Source of the DNA: Octopus sinensis
Lineage: Eukaryota
Direction of reading: 5' to 3'
Length of the DNA: 64,000 nt
Assembly (NCBI RefSeq): GCF_006345805.1
Contig: NC_043007.1
Span: forward strand, 28,334,001-28,398,000
How positions within the stretch are numbered: position 1 is the stretch's first letter; each line of letters begins with the position of its first letter. Below the pieces are notes generated by a model that did not search any database, was not told the origin of the DNA, and saw nothing but the letters and a program-made list of their open reading frames with translations. A program made the position numbers and the translations under genes. Shown in pieces: positions 27,528-39,698 of the stretch.

Positions 27528-29481
27528 CTAGAAAGGAAATAAGAGATAGGAGCATATGGATGAATTATTTTAACAATATATTTAAATCAATGATAGAAAA
27601 CTTGCTTGAAATGAAAATAAAAAGTATAAAGGGTGTCAGTTGGCATTCCCATGAGATAAAACTGAGAGTAACGTTTCACATTAGGATCTAATTCCTGCAA
27701 CTAAAGACCATCACTAACTAATTCAACTGATAGTCTTGACTTACCAGAAATACAACTGATACTGCAGAACAAAAATAGGCACATTTTTGACTCTAGAATG
27801 CCTAAATTATCAATATTCAGATTAAAATTATTAAGAATATGCATGGTTGTTAGTCTGTAAACATGATAACCTGAGATAAAATGGCTGAGTGAAAATATCA
27901 GCCCAAGAATTAATGGGAGTTGACACACTTATTGTGTTGTCTCTTAATTCTATAGATACAGTAGACTTCTCAAAACAACAATACCAGATTTTGTAGCAAA
28001 CTTAGCTGTCACATCTTATCCAAGGACAGATTTATCTTCTGGCAACTTTCTTTTACATCTTTTTATGATATCAAGTATCTAAACAATAGAGTTGTTAATT
28101 AACTTTCCAATGACCAATCCCTGGTTCACTATATTTCCAGTTGTTACACTAACAAACTCGACTGTGCAATTTAATCAGAATAAAGTATTTTTCTTTGAAC
28201 ATACAGGTTTATTAGTTGTCTTATTCATGTATCCCATCTTTCACTAATGTGTAAAAGCAACAGACATTCACACATGAAAGACAAAAAGGAAAGGAATTTC
28301 AAAAATTCCTCTTCAAAACTTCCAAAGACAGGTTACTAAAAAAGATATTAAATGTCTAAAGAATTTTTATAAATTTCTCTTCCAGTGTAGGGATTTCCAT
28401 TCAAGAAACATACACCTGAAGAGAGGACTGGAATCCCTAGCCTTCACAAAGACTAAGGTGAGGGACTTCTTCCAACAAACATGGCTGTTGTCAGGATGTG
28501 GTGTACAAATGTATATAACCTGGGATCAGCTTAGAAGTAAGGTCACTTGCTCAATGATTTCAAGTCACTTGACATAGATGCGGTAGCTATCAGAAAGATC
28601 AGAATCTCTGAAGTATACATGCACTTGACAATTTTTGATGACTAAAACATTCTCATCTTATGGTCAGTCAAGATGAGATAGCAAAGTGGCAATGTTATTC
28701 CAGAAATCCTTAAATTTCATCCTGGATGTGAACAACAGTGACTAGTGGCCATCTATATAACAACAGGGGTAAGAAGGCCAGATTTCTTCAGACATCTAAA
28801 ACTTTTCCTGAGGGCGTTCCAATCACTACTACTAGTGGAGAATGGGAATTGAATTTAAATTCATGGAGGGATAGCATATAGCAGCAAGGGTAGCAAAAGC
28901 ATTGGTAACCTGCTCAGAAATTTCCAACTGTCTGAAAAATATCAGCTGGGTTTCCCTGATGTGGCACTGTGTACATGGAACATTGTCATCATTGTCATCT
29001 ATTTTATGGTCCTGTATTAGGGAGAAATAGTGAAACCAGCCTCCCACAGATAGTCCATGATTTACTACAGGAGAGATAGAGTAGACATGTAAAGTTTGTA
29101 ATGACAATTTTTTTTATATATTTTAGCAAAAAGCACTCAAATGATTAGAGGAGGTTTGAACTCATACACTTACAAGAAATGGATACTGCTTAAAGTTTCT
29201 AATGATACCTTTCAATTAATCAAAAAAATAGTTTAAGGAAGGCACAGCAAGAAATGCCCTTCAGATCATATTTCTCATCACCAACTAAACTCATGTACGC
29301 CAACATTTTTATTCCCATCTATTCCTTAATGTTGTAATTTTCTATTCTTTTACTGGGAAATGAGGAAGGGCTTATCTCTACATGTTCATATTATTAAGAG
29401 GTAGTGTATCACTGTGAAGTGCTCCGTCACCTATCCATAGGTTAAATATACAAATTTCTAGAAGCTATAGAAATATCTTAC

Positions 29482-29731
29482 CTGGTTCTTCTGCATAAAA
29501 CGCTGGGATAATCTGACATCGAAGGTAATCACAGAACTTCACCCACCACAAGCCATAAAATGAGTGGGGTGGCAGCTGGAACCAAGCATGAGTAAAGGCA
29601 GCTAAACAGTAGAGAACATTAGCTGTAAATACAAAAATGAGGCTGACTATTTCTAGGCTACCCCTTCCTCCTTTCATGTTGAAGTCTTCGCCAGACAATT
29701 TCATTTTTAAGTCTTGAATGTCTGTATCCAT
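29482..29731 (-). CDS. claudin/PMP22-family protein, coding exon 1 (TM1 and ECL1)
   Basis: TM1 followed by W-x-GLW-x-C-x-C signature (AWFQLPPHSFYGLWWVKFCDYLRC); GTAAG donor, phase 1; spliced product 186 aa if the first ATG is used. Confidence 0.88.
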
Positions 29732-30504
29732 TTGTCATTGTTTGCTTTCAAGATGTACAAAATGTGGTAACTGAAAGTGTTAATAAAGACAACATTAACC
29801 AAGAAGGAAATAAAGTAAGAATAAAACTCAAAGATTACTCAAGTCAAAGAGATTATGAGTATCAACAAATTACAATTGATAACCTGCTGAGTAAGATAGA
29901 AAAACAATAACAAGATATAAAAACTGAAGTTATATAAACACATATAAACATGACAAATTCTACCCTCAAGCCTTAGATCATACTTTGATCTATTTCTATT
30001 GTTATTAGGTAATTACATTAACTAAATTTAGTTATTACATTTCTGCTGAGTTACTAATAGCCTAACAACCAGACACATTCCATTTGAACATCCTTCATTT
30101 AATATCTCTACTAAATCTATGCCCTTTAGCCGTAACCTGACAAACACCAACCATTTGCATGGGATGTGGGCATCTCACGTAACAATGCATCTTGTACAAA
30201 TCCCAAACTCTCATCACAAAATAGGTTTCTTTTTCTTCTTTGATGTCCAACCCTGTCTCTCCTACCAATCTTGTACTATTTGTTGAGAGAGCCAACTCTT
30301 ATTCATAGGGATCCTGCTTCCTTACATTTAACGTCAGAGTTTAGGTACTTGCTTTCACCTGAGCACTCATTCTATGTACAGATTATCTATATGTCCTTGG
30401 ACACCTTACCTATCATTTGAGTGTGTGTGTGTGTGTGTGTTTGTACAAGTAAGTTGATATTTCCCCTTGGCTTTGTGTGGTAACTGGTTGTAAATAAAAT
30501 TTTG

Positions 30505-32255
30505 GAGAAAGCCTTCGACAGGGTCCCCCGATCCCTTATCTGGTGGTCAATGAGGAAACTAGGGATAGATGAATGGTTAGTGAGAGCTGTGCGAGCCATG
30601 TACAGGGACGCTGCTAGTAAGGTGAGGGTTGGCAACGAGTACAGTGAAGAATTCCGGGTAGAGGTACGGGTCCACCAAGGATCAGTCCTCAGCCCCCTCC
30701 TATTTATCATAGTCCTCCAGGCAATAACGGAGGAATTCAAGACATGATGCCCCTGGGAGCTCCTCTATGCTGATGACCTTGCTCTAATTGCTGAGTCACT
30801 ATCAGAACTGGAGGAGAAGTTTCAGGTGTGGAAGCAAGGATTAGAATCGAAGGGCCTTAGAGTCAATCTAACTAAAACCAAAGTCCTAATAAGTAGGAAG
30901 GTAGACAAATCACAAACGCCTTCAGGTAGATGGCCCTGCTCGATCTGTAGAAAAGGTGTAGGTAGAAACTCTATAAGATGCACCAAGTGTAAGCTATGGA
31001 CACATAAGAGGTGCAGCAATGTCAAAGGAAGGCTAACTAGGAAGATAGTTTTTGTATGTGGAAGATGCTCAGGAGCAATAAACACTGAAAATGCTCTGAG
31101 ACCAACTTCTGCCACATTCCAGGGAGAAAAACTAGAAATAGTTGATAGCTTCCGTTACCTAGGTGACCAAGTCAGTAGCGGGGGCGGGTGTGCTGAAAGT
31201 GTAACTGCTAGAGTAAGAATAGCTTGGGCAAAGTTCAGAGAGCTCTTACCTCTGCTGGTGACTAAAGGCCTCTCGCTTAGAGTAAAAGGCAGACTGTATG
31301 ACGCGTGTGTACGAACAGCCATGCTACATGGCAGTGAAACATGGGCCGTGACTGCTGAGGATATGCGTAAGCTTGCAAGAAATGAAGCCAGTATGCTCCG
31401 ATGGATGTGTAATGTCAGTGTTCATACTCGACAGAATGTAAGTACCTTGAGAGAAAAGCTGGACCTAAGAAGCATCAGTTGTGGTGTGCAAGAGAGACGT
31501 TTGCGCTGGTATGGTCATGTGGCGAGAATGGATGAAGATAGGTGTGTGAAAAAGTGCCACACCCTAGCGGTTAAGGGAACCTGTGGAAGAGGCAGACCAG
31601 GAAAACCTGGGACGAGGTGGTGAAGCACGACCTTCGAACTTTAGGTCTCACTGAGGAAATGACTAGAGACCGAGACCTTTGGAAGTATGCTGTGCGTGAG
31701 AAGACCCGGCAGGACAAGTGAGACAATAACCCGTGCCCTCTACACGGGATGTAGCCAGTCCACTTATGCATACCTTTCCTTCTTGGGACACAAAACTCTA
31801 CTTGTGAAGACTTGTTGAGGCAAGTGAGAATCGAAATCGAAATCGATCAATATCAATGGAAATTGCAGCTGTGATACCAGTGCCGGTGGCACGTAAGAGA
31901 ACCATCCGAACGTGGCCGTTGCCAGTGCCGCCCCAACTTGCCTTGTGCCGGTGGCACGTAAAAAGCACCATCCGTTTGTGGCCGTTGCCAGCCTTGCCTG
32001 GCCCCCGTGCCAGTGGCACGTAAAAAGCACCATCCGATCATGGCCGTTTGCCAGACTCGTCTGGCACCTGTGCCGGTGGCACGTAAAAAGCACCCACTAT
32101 ACTCATGGAGTGGTTGGCGTTAGGAAGGGCATCCAGCCGTAGAAACATTACCAGATCAGACTGGGCCTGGTGCAGCCTTCTGGCTTCCCAGACCCCAGTT
32201 GAACCATCCAACCCATGCTAGCATAGAAAGCGGACGCTAAACAATGATGATGATG
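30505..32255 (+). mobile_element. 5'-truncated RTE-like LINE with PHD-like finger in the RT and a 3'-UTR minisatellite
   Basis: EKAFDRVPR, HQGSVLSPLLF, LLYADD, FRYLG, RLRWYGHV; one stop at about 30745; four 62-65-bp units at 31880-32090; (GAT)n tail. Confidence 0.92.
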
Positions 32256-33039
32256 GTGATGTATTTATTTCCAGTTCTCCATGTAAACTTGTCCGGACTG
32301 TTTATTGTTGAATTGACTTAGATATTATTACTTCACTCAGAAACACATTAGAAGTGGCATCATGAAGGGTCCCCAACCATAGAAAACTGCCCTAACATAC
32401 TCCTGTCTGACCCATGGAAATATAGATGTTAATAAAATAATGATGATCATCAACCTTCAATGCCCATTTTTCCATGCTCATGTGGGTCAAATGGAATTTG
32501 TCAACACAATATTTCTCCAAAACCAAACATGTTTTCCTCAAAAAACTGGGAATGAACAACATTGCTTTTATGACAGTGATGCTCATTTACAACCATCATG
32601 TGCTGTCAAGACAGGAGTATACACAATCATCAACATCATTTAACATCTCTTTTTCTGTGCTGGCATGAGTTGGACAGTTTGACAGGATCTGGCAAGCTGC
32701 ACTCCAATATCAGGTTTGACATAGATTCTACAGCTGAATATGTTTCATAATGCTAACCAATTTATACTATGTACTTGGTGCTTTTTTTGTGACATCAGCA
32801 CTAGTGAGTTCCACAGAAGCTGTATTTGCCAACATATAAGGTACAGTCTCACATAAGATGCACCCCTATTTTTTAAATATTTTGTGGAAAAAACAATGTT
32901 TGATCATACACTCATATTTAAAATTGGTTTTGTAGGGGGAAATGAGGGATTCAGTTCATATGAAAACAATATTGTGACAGCATACTGGGATAAAATATAA
33001 ATCTGCATATTTCTGGAGAAAGTTCAGAATGGTCTTCAT

Positions 33040-33800
33040 CATCATCATTGTCATTTAACATCCGCCTTCCATACTGGTATGGACTGGACGGTTTGACTAA
33101 GGGCTGGCTAGCCAGAAGGCTGCGCCAGACTCCAATCTTTTCTGGCAAAGTTTCTACATCTGGATGCCCTTTCTAACGCCAACCACTCAGAGAGTGTAGT
33201 GGGTACTTTTTACATGCCACTGACACAAGGGCCAAGCAGGCAGTACTGGCAACAACCATGCTCAAATGGTGTTTTTTATGTGCCACCAGCACAGGATCAG
33301 TCAGCTGGCACTGGCATCGACCACACTAAAATGGTGCTTTTTACATGCCACTGGCACAGGGAGTCAGTCAGGCAGCACTGGCAATGATCATGCTTGAATG
33401 GTGCTTTTTATGTGCCAGTAAATAGCAAAGGACCTTTCCACCAGAGTAAAAGGTAGATTATATGATGCTTGTGTATAAACAACTATGCTACATAGTAATG
33501 AGGACATGCAAAAGTGGAAAGAAATGAAGAGAACATACTCTGTTGATGTACAATGTCAATGTGTATGTACAACAAAATGTAAATATGTTGAGAGAAAGAT
33601 TAGGCATAAGAGGCATCAAATGTTGTGTGCAAGAGAGAACATTGCATTGGTATGGTCATGTGATGTGTATGAATGAAGACAATAGATCACTAAATGTGAA
33701 CAGGATCTATGGAAGAAGAAGACCAGGGAGGTGTGGAATAAAATGACGAAAAATTAGCTCCAGAGAGGAGATGACAAAGACCATGATTGACAAGTTTTCA
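33040..33800. mobile_element. RTE 3' tail (-) joined to RTE C-terminal fragment (+)
   Basis: 33040-33420 is the reverse complement of the tail/minisatellite; 33420-33800 matches 31260-31700. Confidence 0.7.
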
Positions 33801-35969
33801 TGCTTGAGAAAGCTCATCCAGAAAAGCAAAACTAAGGCCCTTAGTTTTAAGGCATAGCATTTATGTCTATGCTCTTACACCCAATCTGTCCCTGATAAAT
33901 CTCTCCCCCACCCATATCCCATCTTCCTAATGTCTCTCCCCGCCATCAGCGTTCATTCACTACATTCCCCTCCCTGTCACTGCCCATCTCCTTTTGTACT
34001 CTTTCTGAACATGCTTGCTTACTCACCCAACAGTCCTCTGAACCAGTTAACTTATATATACTCCTCCCAGTAACTTAAGGCTATGCCTCCAACACATCTT
34101 CACTGTCTTCTCTCTCTCTTCTCGCTGTTTCCAACTGGGGTAGCCATGTATCTTTTCTACAGCAAGACACCTGTTTCTATCCTTCTATCATACTTTAATC
34201 TCTCCTCACCTGAAACAAAGCCACTTTGCTCGGTTGAGGGGTTTTGTGTTGCAACTTACTTGGTGACCTGTCTGGTGTTGGTGCTACATGAAAAGGACTC
34301 AGTACATTCTATAAAGCAGTCAGTTTTAGTAAAGGTATCCAGTCATAGAAATCATGTAAAAACAAACAGTAGAGCTTGGTGCAAACTTCTGGCTTGCCAG
34401 CTCTTGTAAAACAACCGAACCCATGCTAGCATGGAAAACAAATTAACGATGATGATAACAAAATGATGTTATGGGAAAACCAAATTTCAACTGTACAGTT
34501 GTTTGAATTTTAGTCATGAGAATTGCCATACAGAATGTAAAACTTGCCAAAAGATAGCCATCCACTTGTTGTAAATAGCTGACAGGCAAATGAAAATTTA
34601 ACATCCTTTTCATTGTCCTAGGTGAATTTTTTTATTTAGATAATAAACAAATGTTTCTTAAAGGTAATACAGTCATTAAATAATGTAAGACATGTATTGG
34701 GTATGGGTTATTTGTACTGGGTAAGGAGGTACAATGAGCAGGTGTCACCTCCCCACAAAACTGTAAGCAATTTTTTTGTAAGTTTACACTAACAAACTGT
34801 GATAATTTGGTTTGTTTCCAATATTACTAGTAACAATCATTGTGCCTAGCAGACTTATGGTCATCTGGCACTCAATCTCCCATCTGTAATTTAGATGTGG
34901 AGCAATTTTTAGATATTTTAAAAATAAAGAAAGCATATCTTAAACACTGACAAATGCTGTAACTTGCAAGACAAAGTAAACAAAAGGAGAAAGCTCTTTG
35001 ACTGAGTAGGGATGTATTTGGGAGAAGAGGTGGTGGCTTTACACCAGATGTTGAAGGCTAAAGTATGACAGAGAGACAAGCACAAGTGCCTTACAATGGA
35101 GGAGACATGTGGCTATCCAGTGTTGTGTGTGAGTTGATAAGAATAGCTGGAAGGGAGATAAAGGTGTTGATGATAAGGTGCCAGATCCTACTCTAAAAAT
35201 AAGAGAGTATAAACAGTTGATGAGGAGGAAAGGAAAGGATGGCTAATTTCATAAAAGTGTAGAAGGAGAACAACAGAGGGTTAGAGATGGAGATGGAGGT
35301 GAATGTAGTGAGTGATGAAAAAGGGTAGTATAACTGATGGTAAATATCAGTATGGGAGGGGTGAGAGATATAGAAGTAGCCTGGGAGGGAAGTGACAAGC
35401 AGCAGCACAGGAAGTATGGAGAGCAGGAGTATCATAAATCTGTATAGATATCAGAGAGAAGGGAGATGATGTGCAGGGTGTGACAGTAGAAGGGTGAGAG
35501 GATGATGAACAGTGGCAGAGATAGGGGTCAGAAGTACATAAGGGTGGTAATAGTGAGTGGGGCGACAAAGGTAGAAGGAGGAGATATTGATAGCAGACTG
35601 GAGAGTGTTGAGATTGATAGCAGATAGGAGACATGTTAAACATCAGGTGTGGCAGACAAAGATGTAACTTATGAAGGAAGAAAAAGCTCAAAAAGAAAGT
35701 GATTGGTAGAAAGTAGTATGGACAGGGATGATGAGTGAGGGATGGAGTTTAAAAGGAAGTGGTTCTATGGAAGAAAGAGGTAAATGGTAACACAAAAAGG
35801 ATGATGAAATATGAGTGGAGTCTACTTTTAGATGATTACAGTAGCTAAGTAATGCCATAGTTAGGAGAGTGATGACAGGATGGGTGTTAGAAAGATAAGA
35901 AATGAAGGAAATCTTTGACACGGGCAAATTGAGTGCAGGGTACATCATGTACAGATATAATCATAATAC

Positions 35970-37340
35970 TTTTATGACCTCACTTCTTCTGTAGTGGGCT
36001 GGTCTTCTCCTGTGTGAGGCTCAACATCTTTAGATCAGCCATCACCACTTCATCACAACTGTTCCTGGGTCTCTGTTCATGTGATGCATACAGATGAGAA
36101 GAGCTGTATAAAGAAGTGTTGATTGCCAAAGTGGATGAACTTGTGCAAGAGGAAGTCTCAGGAAGATGTAGGATGAAGTGGTGAGGGCTGATCTCAAGAT
36201 GTTGAGCCTCACGCAGGAGATGAGAATGGGCCAGGATGTCTGGTGATACAAGGTTCTTGAGGAAACCCATCTGCTTTGGCATTACATTGAGTCAACACCA
36301 ACTAAGAAACTAAACTACATTTCATCATGCACAACATTTACCTCTCCTCCATGCTCTAGCAGCTTAACTTCACCTTGTCATTCCTCACTTTTGCCCTCCT
36401 CTTGACAACTGTATCATTACTATCCTGACATTCTCCCTGCAACCTTCATCTCCCTCCTCTCCAATTCATAACTCATCAGTTATAACCCTTTACCTTACCC
36501 AGCTTCTTTTACCGCTGCAGGCTGCCTCCCCACACAATCTTGCAATAGCCCTCCCCCATCCACTCTTACTTACCTTATGCCTTGAGGAGTCACCTGGACA
36601 CTTCATCTATTCATTTCTTCACAGCTTCTACTGATCACTCTCACCCTTCCCTAAATATAAGTAACCATGCACATCTTCTACAAGAACCTGCTTTGCACTC
36701 TCTTCTCTCATACTCTAACTCTTCATCCCCTGATATAAAACTGACTCCAGCTCCCTCAGGATTCATAGTCTTGCAAGCTACATGGCAACTTCAATAGCGC
36801 TACTGCCATGAAAATGGCACCCAGTACTTATTGTAAAGTAGGTGACATTAGGAAGGGCATTCAGTAACAGAAACCCTGCCAAAGCAGACATGGAGCATAA
36901 TGCAGTCCTTGGGCCCTACAGATCCACTCAAACCATCCAAACATACCAACATGGACATTAAATGATGATGATGATGATAGCACATAAACAACAGCGGATT
37001 TGAAAAAATTAGAACTAAATGATGCAAACATGCTGTATATGTAATGTAAGGGCATATGGACAATATTTACCAATGAGCTGAGAGGAAAATCAAATACAAG
37101 AAGAATCAGATGAAGTATGCAAGACAAGACTGCTCTGGTATAGACATGATATTCATGAGGATGATCACAGCAGCATAAAGAAGTGCCGAGTGTATGAAAT
37201 GGAGGGGATCTGCAAAAAAACGAAGACCTAGGAAGACATGGAACTAAATGGTGAAAACTGATCTCAAGAGACCATACAAAGATAACAAAGAACTATGAAA
37301 ATTGATGATAAGCAATGCTGGAGACAGTCACACCCATGCA
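35970..37340. mobile_element. old RTE C-terminal and tail fragments in both orientations
   Basis: WDEVVRADLKMLSL-like segments at about 35990-36270 (-) and 37100-37340 (+). Confidence 0.55.
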
Positions 37341-37765
37341 AGCTCCCTGCAACATTTCAATATTTTCTCATCTCTCTCTCTTAATCATCAAGTTAGCTAA
37401 GTAAAGAAAAATGACATTGGGCTTGTCCATATTCAATCCCCTTTGCTCCCTATCGTTACTCAACATTTCTATCTCATCTCCGATCAAGATGCCTATAAAG
37501 AGGAATTGCTTCAGATCCGTGTCCAATACACACCACCTTCACCATTCTGTATTGCTTACAATCACTCCCTTTCCCTTATGTCCCTCGTTATTGACATTTG
37601 TCACTTTTACCATTGCTCTTGTATTTCAACGGAATTTGGCTGCTATTTCTAATAGGACTTGCAAAAGCAGGAAGTAGATCTATTGTTCGACCATTTGAAA
37701 ATATTTTAGTTACAGATGTTCAAATTAACAAGATTAAAGACGTTTTCATAACATTAATAAGCAAA

Positions 37766-37858
37766 GGTAAAGAATACGCACACCACCCGTTTTCGGAGGT
37801 TAGGGTAGGTTTAGAGTCAGGGTTACACCGAAAACGGGTGGTGTGCGTATTTTTCACC
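37766..37858. repeat. mini fold-back element with telomere-like loop
   Basis: GGTAAAGAATACGCACACCACCCGTTTTCGG / CCGAAAACGGGTGGTGTGCGTATTTTTCACC arms around AGGTTAGGGTAGGTTTAGAGTCAGGGTTA. Confidence 0.85.
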
Positions 37859-38799
37859 TCCACCACATTAGCATATATTATTTACACGACGTTATAGGAT
37901 TAGTAGTTAGTTAAGAAGGCACCAAAAACCCGATCTGCTTTCGCTCATCTCTGGTTTAATACGTTTTATAACAAACAATAGGTGGAGATGTAATCGTCTG
38001 CTGGTGAAAATACTGAAACTATTTCGATGAAAAGTAGAAATCAGTGCACACACTTTGGACTTTCGACTTTATATGTTCCCAGATGATATATTTTATCTAC
38101 AGTGTTGATATGGCATAATACAGTGATGATTAAAGTCGTGCTGTGGCCCAAAAATAGCGAAATCAGTGGTTAGTGGCACGATTGAGATGGGGTGCTGTAA
38201 TTAATATCATTAAACAGTTACAGAGACAAACACAATGGAGAGCAGAACACAAAATACTAACAAAACATTGAATATCTGACAGATAGATAATGTTTCTGTA
38301 AGATTATCAAAAGTTTCTCCGCTTAAAAGTAAGCGAAACAAGTTTAAAACCAGGAAATCCAAATTTTTTTACCTGAACTGTCCCAACATGGAGGAGCGAT
38401 AGGGGCAGATAACTGAGACGAAGGGCAGATAACTAAGACAACTTCCAGCCTGGCTAACTGTGTCACACCTAAGGACAATACTTTTTCATAGTTGTTACCA
38501 TTAGTCTACCGTGGCAATGCCAACCCATTTAGCTATGCTAATTTCATCTCTTGCAGCCAACTTTCATGAAATTTATTAGGATAGCACCTCCCTCTCTATC
38601 CTCTTCTTCCTCTCTGAGAGGTGCTTGAAGAAGTTGATGAGAGATTGTTCTGAGAGGAAAAAACCTCCTTTCAGACCGTTCAACCATATCAAACGTACAA
38701 CTTCCTTTGCTATAACCATCAGACAGAGGAAAACAACCGACATTTCCTTGCCGAATGAACAGTGATTCGATATTAGACTCGGTCAACAGTTAGATCCGT

Positions 38800-39698
38800 C
38801 CCACATATAATAACAACTATTCGACATAAACCCACATAACAATGCACTAACACTGAACGAGTTCGTAATAGTCAATTTCGACGGCCTATGTGTATCGCGT
38901 ACATGTTCGCTTGTCAACAGCTCTAAACATGGCCATGACTGTAGAGTTTATTCCGAACAATGTTCCCTACCCGTGGCACTGCCAGACAAAAGACTGTGGG
39001 TAATTGTTCCCAATACTTGATTTGAAAGTTTTCAAATAGAGACTATCCGGACGGTCTGAGGCCATCATTGCTAATATTATACACTGACTCTCTATAGAGT
39101 GCCACCAACTTTTTGGCCCAAATGATAAGATTACAGCTAGAAAGATGAGTTAGGTAAAAAAAAAAAAAATTAAAAAAGGGTCGTTTGAAACAGATGGGAT
39201 TCATGACAAACGGAAATTGCTCCTTCTACAAAAAGCGAACGAGCAGGGGTATTCATAATTAATTATATGCTTAGTCCAACATTGTAATGTGAAGTTAAGT
39301 CTTTTAATGTCCATAAAATCTCGTTATTTCATTTACCTCATGTGCTATTATTGTCTCGACATGAATAACATAAAATACACCTCATTACGCTCCTCTAGTT
39401 AATGATGATAATGAGGGTGTGTGACTAAAAATTACAGAGCTAAAGAAATAATCTCATCTGACAAAGACACACACATCAAAGAAATCCAAGGGAGGCAACC
39501 GCTAAGGTGACGGTTAGCAGTCGACAGGAAGTGATGTCATTGACGTTGTCTTTCTCTCCCAAGTTGAGGGAGGAACCACTCCCACTGGTCTTATGCGCTT
39601 TACTTTCCTATACACGTTACTGAATTGTTTACAGTCGTCTCTTTTGTCCAAGCCGGATAATTTGACTTCAGTTGTATCTACACAGGTATATTTCGCCG
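38800..39698 (+). promoter_or_regulatory. probable promoter/5' region of VIPAS39
   Basis: repeat-free, relatively CpG-rich; CAGGAAGTG ETS-like motif at about 39525; possible acceptor ACACAG|G at 39685. Confidence 0.4.

Noticed and set aside
28385-28450. CTGAAGAGAGG...CCTT as a hammerhead
   Set aside because: GAAA is missing and stem I cannot be formed.
28832-29107. 91-aa ORF as an extra exon of the claudin-like gene
   Set aside because: No TM character; exons 1 and 2 already join in phase without it.
31880-32100. CRISPR-like or HDV-ribozyme interpretation of the 62-65-bp repeats
   Set aside because: Units are head-to-tail without unique spacers and there are no cas genes. CCAGCCTCGTCTGGC resembles HDV P3/L3, but no complementary P1 strand was found.
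38544-38786. 80-aa minus-strand ORF
   Set aside because: Non-ATG start, no homology recognised; at most a non-coding exon.
39489-39561. Cloverleaf-like fold GGGAGG...TCTCCC upstream of VIPAS39
   Set aside because: Short stems, no A/B boxes or snoRNA boxes; compatible with chance in a GC-richer promoter.
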